DNA from: Mobula hypostoma
Lineage: Eukaryota
Assembly (NCBI RefSeq): GCF_963921235.1
Contig: NC_086100.1
Coordinates: 201,812,001 to 201,876,000 of the forward strand
Reading direction: 5' to 3'
Length of the DNA: 64,000 nt
Under the pieces are notes generated by a model. That model had not been told where the DNA came from. It did no database searches and saw only the letters and a list, made by a program, of their open reading frames with translations. The first letter of the stretch is position 1. Each line of letters opens with the position of its first letter. A program made the translations under genes and the position numbers. This document shows, in pieces, positions 55,345-64,000 of the stretch.

Positions 55345-58300
55345 CTTCTGACATCAGTCTCTATTAAACCCTCTTAAACCCGTCACCTCAATCCCTCCCT
55401 CACCATCCTTCTGACATCAGTCTCTATCAAACCCTCCCAAACCCGTCACCTCAATCCCTCCCTCCCCATCCTTCCGACATCAGTCTCTATCAAACCCTCC
55501 CAAACCCGTCACCTCAATCCCTCCCTCACCATCTTTCCGACATCAGTCTCTATCAAACCCTCCCAAACCCGTCACCTCAATCCCTCACACCCCATCCTTC
55601 CGACATCAGTCTCTATCAAATGCTCCCAAACCCGTCACCTCAATCCCTCCCTCACCATCCTTCCGACATCAGTCTCTATCAAACCCTCCCAAACCCGTCA
55701 CCTCAATCCCTCACTCACCATCCTTCCGACATCAGTCTCTATCAAACCCTCCCAAACCCGTCACCTCAATCCCTCACCATCCTCCGACATCAGTCTCTAT
55801 CAAAACCGTCACCTCAATCCCTCCCATCCTTCCGACATCAGTCTCTATCAAACCCTCCCAAACCCGTCACCTCAATCCCTCACCATCCTCCGACATCAGT
55901 CTCTATCAAACCGTCACCTCAATCCCTCACCATCCTTCCGACATCAGTCTCTATCAAACCCTCCCAAACCCGTCACCTCAATCCCTCCCTCACCATCCTT
56001 CCGACATCAGTCTCTATCAAACCCTCCCAAACCCGTCACCTCAATCCCTCCCTCACCATCCTTCCGACATCAGTCTCTATCAAACCCTCCCAAACCCGAC
56101 ATCTCAATCCCTCCCTCCCCATCCTTCCGACATCAGTCTCTCTCAAACCCTCACAAACCAGTCACCTCAATCCCTCCCACCCCATCCATCCGACATCAGT
56201 CTCTATCAAACCCTCCCAAACCCGTCACCTCAATCCCTCACCATCCTCCCGACATCAGTCTCTATCAAACCGTCCCAAACCCGTCACCTCAATCCCTCCC
56301 TCACCATCCTTCCGACATCAGTCTCTATCAAACCCACCCAAACCCGTCACCTCAATCCCTCCCTCACCATCCTTCCGACATCAGTCTCTATCAAACCCTC
56401 CCAAACCCGTCACCTCAATCCCTCCCTCACCATCCTTCCGACATCAGTCTCTATCAAACCCTCCCAAACCCGTCACCTCAATCCCTCACCTCACCATCCT
56501 TCCGACATCAGTCTCTATCAAACCCTCCCAAACCCGTCACCTCAATCCCTCCCTCACCATCCTTCCGACATCAGTCTCTATCAAACCCTCCCAAACCCGT
56601 CACCTCAATCCCTCCCTCACCATCCTTCCGACATCAGTCTCTATCAAACCCTCCCAAACCCGTCACCTCAATCCCTCCCTCACCATCCTTCCGACATCAG
56701 TCTCTATCAAACCCTCCCAAACCCGTCACCTCAATCCCTCCCCACCATCCTTCCGACATCAGTCTCTATCAAACCCTCCCAAACCCGTCACTCAATCCCT
56801 CCCTCACCATCCTTCCGACATCAGTCTCTATCAAACCCTCCCAAACCCATCACCTCAATCCCTCCCTCACCATCCTTCCGACATCAGTCTCTATCAAACC
56901 GTCCCAAACCCGTCTCCTCAATCCCTCCCTCACCATCCTTCCGACATCAGTCTCTATCAAACCCTCCCAAACCCGTCACCTCAATCCCTCCCTCACCATC
57001 CTTCCGACATCAGTCTCTATCAAACCCTCCCAAACCCGTCACCTCAATCCCTCCCTCACCATCCTTCCGACATCAGTCTCTATCAAACCCTCCCAAACCC
57101 GTCACCTCAATCCCTCCCACCCCATCCTTCCGACATCAGTCTCTATCAAACCCTCCCAAACCCGTCACCTCAATCCCTCCCTCACCATCCTTCCGACATC
57201 AGTCTCTATCAAACCCTCCCAAACCCGTCACCTCAATCCCTCACCATCCTTCCGACATCAGTCTCTATCAAACCCTCCCAAACCCGTCACCTCAATCCCT
57301 CCCTCACCATCCTTCCGACATCAGTCTCTATCAAACCCTCCCAAACCCGTCACCTCAATCCCTCCCTCACCATCCTTCCGACATCAGTCTCTATCAAACC
57401 CTCCCAAACCCGTCACCTCAATCCCTCCCTCACCATCCTTCCGACATCAGTCTCTATCAAACCCTCCCAAACCCGTCACCTCAATCCCTCACCATCCTCC
57501 CGACATCAGTCTCTATCAAACCGTCCCAAACCCGTCTCCTCAATCCCTCCCTCACCATCCTTCCGACATCAGTCTCTATCAAACCCTCCCAAACCCGTCA
57601 CCTCAATCCCTCCCTCACCATCCTTCCGACATCAGTCTCTATCAAACCCTCCCAAACCCGTCACCTCAATCCCTCCCTCACCATCCTTCCGACATCAGTC
57701 TCTATCAAACCCTCCCAAACCCGTCACCTCAATCCCTCCCTCACCATCCTTCCGACATCAGTCTCTATCAAACCCTCCCAAACCCGTCACCTCAATCCCT
57801 CCCTCACCATCCTTCCGACATCAGTCTCTATCAAACCCTCCCAAACCCGTCACCTCAATCCCTCCCTCACCATCCTTCCGACATCAGTCTCTATCAAACC
57901 CTCCCAAACCCGTCACCTCAATCCCTCCCTCACCATCCTTCCGACATCAGTCTCTATCAAACCCTCCCAAACCCGTCACCTCAATCCCTCCCTCACCATC
58001 CTTCCGACATCAGTCTCTATCAAACCCTCCCAAACCCGTCACCTCAATCCCTCCCTCACCATCCTTCCGACATCAGTCTCTATCAAACCCTCCCAAACCC
58101 GTCACCTCAATCCCTCCCTCACCATCCTTCCGACATCAGTCTCTATCAAACCCTCCCAAACCCGTCACCTCAATCCCTCCCTCACCATCCTTCCGACATC
58201 AGTCTCTATCAAACCCTCCCAAACCCGTCACCTCAATCCCTCCCCTCCCATCCTTCCGACATCAGTCTCTATCAAACCCTCCCAAACCCGTCACCTCAAT

Positions 58301-61300
58301 CCCTCCCTCACCATCCTTCCGACATCAGTCTCTATCAAACCCTCCCAAACCCGTCACCTCAATCCCTCCCTCACCATCCTTCCGACATCAGTCTCTATCA
58401 AACCCTCCCAAACCCGTCATCCTCGAATCCCTCCCCATCCCCTCACCATCCCTCCTCACCCATCCTTCCGACATCAGTCTCTATCAAACCCTCCCAAACC
58501 CTCACCTCAATCCCTCCCTCCCCATCCTTCCGACATCAGTCTCTATCAAACCCTCCCAAACCCGTCACCTCAATCCCTCCCTCACCATCCTTCCGACATC
58601 AGTCTCTATCAAACCCTCCCAAACCCGTCACCTCAATCCCTCCCTCACCATCCTTCCGACATCAGTCTCTATCAAACCCTCCCAAACCCGTCACCTCAAT
58701 CCCTCCCTCACCATCCTTCCGACATCAGTCTCTATCAAACCCTCCCAAACCGTCACCTCAATCCCTCCCTCACCATCCTTCCGACATCAGTCTCTATCAA
58801 ACCCTCCCAAACCCGTCACCTCAATCCCTCCCTCACCCATCCTTCCGACATCAGTCTCTATCAAACCCTCCCAAACCCGTCACCTCAATCCCTCCCTCAC
58901 CATCCTTCCGACATCAGTCTCTATCAAACCCTCCCAAACCCGTCACCTCAATCCCTCCCTCACCATCCTTCCGACATCAGTCTCTATCAAACCCTCCCAA
59001 ACCCGTCACCTCAATCCCTCCCTCACCATCCTTCCGACATCAGTCTCTATCAAACCCTCCCAAACCCGTCACCTCAATCCCTCCCTCACCATCCTTCCGA
59101 CATCAGTCTCTATCAAACCCTCCCAAACCCGTCACCTCAATCCCTCCCTCACCATCCTTCCGACATCAGTCTCTATCAAACCCTCCCAAACCCGTCACCT
59201 CAATCCCTCACACACCATCCTTCCGACATCAGTCTCTATCAAACCCTCCCAAACCCGTCACCTCAATCCCTCCCTCACCATCCTTCCGACATCAGTCTCT
59301 ATCAAACCCTCCCAAACCCGTCACCTCAATACCTCCCTCACCATCCTTCCGACATCAGTCTCTATCAAACCCTCCCAAACCCGTCACCTCAATCCCTCCC
59401 TCACCATCCTTCCGACATCAGTCTCTATCAAACCCTCCCAAACCCGTCACCTCAATCCCTCCCTCACCATCCTTCCGACATCAGTCTCTATCAAACCCTC
59501 CCAAACCCGTCACCTCAATCCCTCCCTCACCATCCTTCCGACATCAGTCTCTATCAAACCCTCCCAAACCCGTCACCTCAATCCCTCCCTCACCATCCTT
59601 CCGACATCAGTCTCTATCAAACGCTCCCAAACCCGTCACCTCAATCCCTCCCTCACCATCCTTCCGACATCAGTCTCTCTCAAACCCTCCCAAACCCGTC
59701 ACCTCAATCCCCCCCACCCCATCCTTCCGACATCAGCCTCTATCAAACTCTCCCAAACCCGTCACCTCAATCCCTCACCATCCTCCCGACATCAGTCTCT
59801 ATCAAACCGTCCCAAACCTGTCTCTTCAATCCCTCCCTCACCATCCTACCGACATCAGTCTCTATCAAACCCACCCAAACCCGTCACCTCAATCCCTCCC
59901 TCACCATCCTTCCGACATCAGTCTCTATCAAACCCTCCCAAACCCGTCACCTCAATCCCTCCCTCACCATCCTTCCGACTCAGTCTCTATCAAACCCACC
60001 CAAACCCTCCCAAACCCGTCACCTCAATCCCTCACCATCCTCCCGACATCAGTCTCTATCAAACCCTCCCAAACCCGTCACCTCATCCCTCCCTCACCAT
60101 CCTTCTGACATCAGTCTCTATCAAACCCTCCCAAACCCGTCATCTCAATCCCTCCCTCACCATCCTCCCGACATCAGTCTCTATCAAACCCTCCCAAACC
60201 CGTCACCTCAATCCCTCCCTCACCATCCTTCCGACATCAGTCTCTATCAAACCCTCCCAAACCCGTCACCTCAATCCCTCACCATCCTCCTGACATCAGT
60301 CTCTCCATCCGACATCAGTCTCTATCAAACCCTCCCAAACCCGTCACCTCAATCCCTCCCACCCCATCCATCCGACATCAGTCTCTATCAAACCCTCCCA
60401 AACCCGTCACCTCAATCCCTCCCTCACCATCCTTCCGACATCAGTCTCTATCAAACTCTCCCAAACCCATCACCTCAATCCCTCACACCCCATCCTTCCG
60501 ACATCAGTCTCTATCAAACCTTCCCAAACCCGTCAACTCAATCCCTCCCTCACCATCCTTCCGACATCAGTCTCTCTCAAACCCTCCCAAACCCGTCACC
60601 TCAATCCCTCCCAACCCATCCTTCCGACATCAGTCTCTATCAAACCCTCCCAAACCCGTCACCTGAATCCCTCACCATCCTCCCGACATCAGTCTCTATC
60701 AAACCGTCACCTCAATCCCTCACCATCCTTCCGACATCAGTCTCTATCAAACCCTCCCAAACCCATCACCTCAATCCCTCACACCCCATCCTTCCGACAT
60801 CAGTCTCTATCAAACCCTCCCAAACCCGTCACCTCAATCCCTCCCTCACAGTTCTTCCGACATCAGTCTGTATCAAACCCTCCCAAACCCGTCACCTCAA
60901 TACCTCCCTCACCATCCTTCCGACATCAGTCTCTATCAAACCCTCCCAAACCCGTCACCTCAATCCCTCACCATCCTCCCGACATCAGTCTCTATCAAAC
61001 CCTCCCAAACCCGTCACCTCAATCCCTCCCTCACCATCCTTCCGACATCAGTCTCTATCAAACCCTCCCAAACCCGTCACCTCAATCCCTCCCTCACCAT
61101 CCTTCCGACATCAGTCTCTATCAAACCCTCCCAAACCCATCACCTCAATCCCTCACACCCCATCCTTCCGACATCAGTCTCTATCAAACCCTCCCAAACC
61201 CGTCACCTCAATCCCTCCCTCACCATCCTTCCGACATCAGTCTCTATCAAACCCTCCCAAACCCGTCACCTCAATCCCTCCCTCACCATCCTCCCGACAT

Positions 61301-64000
61301 CAGTCTCTATCAAACCGTCCCAAACCCGTCTCCTCAATCCCTCCCTCACCATCCTTCCGACATCAGTCTCTATCAAACCCTCCCAAACCCGTCACCTCAA
61401 TCCCTCCCACCCCATCCTTCCGACATCAGTCTCTATCAAACCCTCCCAAACCCGTCACCTCAATCCCTCCCTCACCATCCTTCCGACATCAGTCTCCATC
61501 AAACCCTGCCAAACCCGACACCTCAGTCCCTCCCAAACCATCCTTCCGACAACAGTCTCTATCAAACCCTCCCAAACCCATCACCTCAATCCCTCCCTCC
61601 CCATCCTTCCGACATCAGTCTCTATCAAAACCTCCCAAACCCGTCACCTCAATCGCTCCCTCACCATCCTTCCGACATCAGTCTCTATGAAACCCTACCA
61701 AACCTGTCACCTCAATCCCGCCCACCCCATCCTTCTGACATCAGTCTCTATCAAACCCTCCCAAACCCGTCATCTCAATCCCTCCCTCACCATCCTTCCG
61801 ACATCAGTCTCTATCAAACCCTCCCAAACCCGTCACCACAATCCCTCCCTCACCATCCTTCCGACAGCAGTCTCAATCAAACCCACCCAAACCCGTCACC
61901 TCAATCCCTTCCTCACCATCCTTCCGACATCAGTCTCTATCAAACCCTCCCAATCCCGTCACCTCAATCCCTCCCTCACCATCCTTCCGACATCAGTCTC
62001 TATCAAACCCTCCCAAACCCGTCACCTCAATCCCTCCCACCCCATCCTTCTGACATCAGTTTCAATCAAACCCTCCCAAACCCGTCACCTCAATCCCTCC
62101 CTCACCATCCTTCCGACATCAGTCTCTCTCAAACCCTCCCAAACCCGTCACCTCAATCCCTCCCAACCAATGCTTCCGACATCAGTCTCTATCAAACCCT
62201 CCCAAACCCGTCACCTCAATCCCTCCCTCACCATCCTTCCGACATCAGTCTCTATCAAACCCTCCCAAACCCGTCACCTCAATCCCTCCCTCACCATCCT
62301 TCCGACATCAGTCTCTATCAAACCCTCCCAAACCCGTCACCTCAATCCCTCACACCCCATCCTTCCGACATCAGTTTCTATCAAACCCTCCCAAACCCGT
62401 CACCTGAATCCCTCACCATCCTCCCGACATCAGTCTCTATCAAACCCTCCCAAACCCCTCACCATCCTCCCGACATCAGTCTCTATCAAACCGTCCCAAA
62501 CCCGTCACCTCAATCCCTCCCTCACCATCCTTCCGACATCAGTCTCTATCAAACCCTCCCAAACCCGTCACCTCAATCCCTCCCAACCCATCCTTCCGAC
62601 ATCAGTCTCTATCAAACCCTCCCAAACCCGTCACCTCAATCCCTCCCTCACCATCCTTCCGACATCAGTCTCTATCAAACCCTCCCAAACCCATCACCTC
62701 AATCCCTCACACCCCATCCTTCCGACATCAGTCTCCATCAAACCCTCCCAAACCCGTCACCTCAATCCCTCCCTCACAGTTCTTCCGACATCAGTCTGTA
62801 TCAAACCCTCCCAAACCCGTCACCTCAATACCTCCCTCACCATCCTTCCGACATCAGTCTCTATCAAACCCTCCCAAACCCGTCACCTCAATCCCTCACC
62901 ATCCTCCCGACATCAGTCTCTATCAAACCGTCCCAAACCCGTCTCTTCAATCCCTCCCTCACCATCCTTCCGACATCAGTCTCTATCAAACCGTCCCAAA
63001 CCCGTCTCCTCAATCCCTCCCTCACCATCCTTCCGACATCAGTCTCTATCAAACCCTCCCAAACCCGTCACCTCAATCCCTCCCTCACCATCCTTCCGAC
63101 ATCAGTCTCTATCAAACCCTCCCAAACCCATCACCTCAATCCCTCACACCCTATCCTTCCGACATCAGTCTCTATCAAACCCTCCCAAACCCGTCACCTC
63201 AATCCCTCCCTCACCATCCTTCCGACATCAGTCTCTATCAAACCCTCCCAAACCCGTCACCTCAATCCCTCACCATCCTCCCGACATCAGTCTCTAACAA
63301 ACCGTCACCTCAATCCCTCACCAGCCTTCTGACATCAGTCTCTATCAAACCCTCCCAAACCCGTCACCTCAATCCCTCACCATCCTCCCGACATCAGTCT
63401 CTATCAAACCGTCCCAAACCCGTCTCTTCAATCCCTCCCTCACCATCCTTCCGACATCAGTCTCTATCAAACCCACCCAAACCCGTCACCTCAATCCCTC
63501 CCTCACCATCCTTCCGACATCAGTCTCTATCAAACCCTCCCAAACCCGTCACCTCAATCCCTCCCTCACCATCCTTCCGACATCAGTCTCTATCAAACCC
63601 ACCCAAACCCGTCACCTCAATCCCTCCCTCACCATCCTTCCGACATCAGTCTCTATCAAACCCTCCCAAACCCATCACCTCAATCCCTCACACCCCATCC
63701 TTCCGACATCAGTCTCCATCAAACCCTCCCAAACCCGTCACCTCAATCCCTCCCTCACAATCCTTCCGACATCAGTCTCTATCAAACCCTCCCAAACCCG
63801 TCACCTCAATCCCTCCCTCCCCATCCTCCCGACATCAGTCTCTATCAAACCCTCCCAAACCCGTCACCTCAATCCCTCCCTCACCATCCTTCCGACATCA
63901 GTCTCTATCAAACCCTCCCAAACCCGTCACCTCAATCCCTCCCTCACCATCCTTCCGACATCAGTCTCTATCAAACCCTCCCAAACCCGTCACCTCAATC
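55345..64000. repeat. 63-bp satellite (CCTTCCGACATCAGTCTCTATCAAACCCTCCCAAACCCGTCACCTCAATCCCTCCCTCACCAT), more than 8.6 kb, runs off the window
   Basis: 63-bp periodicity; 21-aa repeat in spurious ORFs. Confidence 0.97.

Noticed and set aside
55620..63297. 1557-aa and 536-aa Pro/Ser/Thr-rich ORFs (mucin-like)
   Set aside because: These are translations of a 63-bp satellite that lacks stops on this strand; the frame shifts freely between units

Overview
Vertebrate genomic DNA, very repeat-rich; the CR1-type LINEs with an esterase ORF1 and the other repeat families suggest a cartilaginous fish (inference). The window holds the last ten coding exons of a + strand CPXM1-like gene (discoidin domain, inactive-type M14 carboxypeptidase, transthyretin-like tail) from 1657 to 41838. 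Its introns are filled with CR1 LINEs and GC-rich minisatellites. A probable CpG-island promoter and non-coding first exon of the next gene lies near 52.2 kb, followed by large satellites. The main finding is two separate Gypsy-type LTR retrotransposons that carry spliced host mRNA in frame with their own genes. The first is a complete 4.0-kb element (9317-13314; twin 200-bp LTRs, PBS, PPT, GCTTC target-site duplication). Its RT/RNaseH/integrase region is replaced by a SUDS3 cDNA fused in frame to the 3' end, 3'UTR and poly(A) remnant of an LTBP mRNA, giving a decayed Gag-PR-SUDS3-LTBP chimera. The second is a 5'-truncated element (about 45880-47854) whose RT frame runs into three joined pieces of a sarcomeric myosin heavy-chain rod. 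All protein identifications are from recalled family motifs, not database searches.
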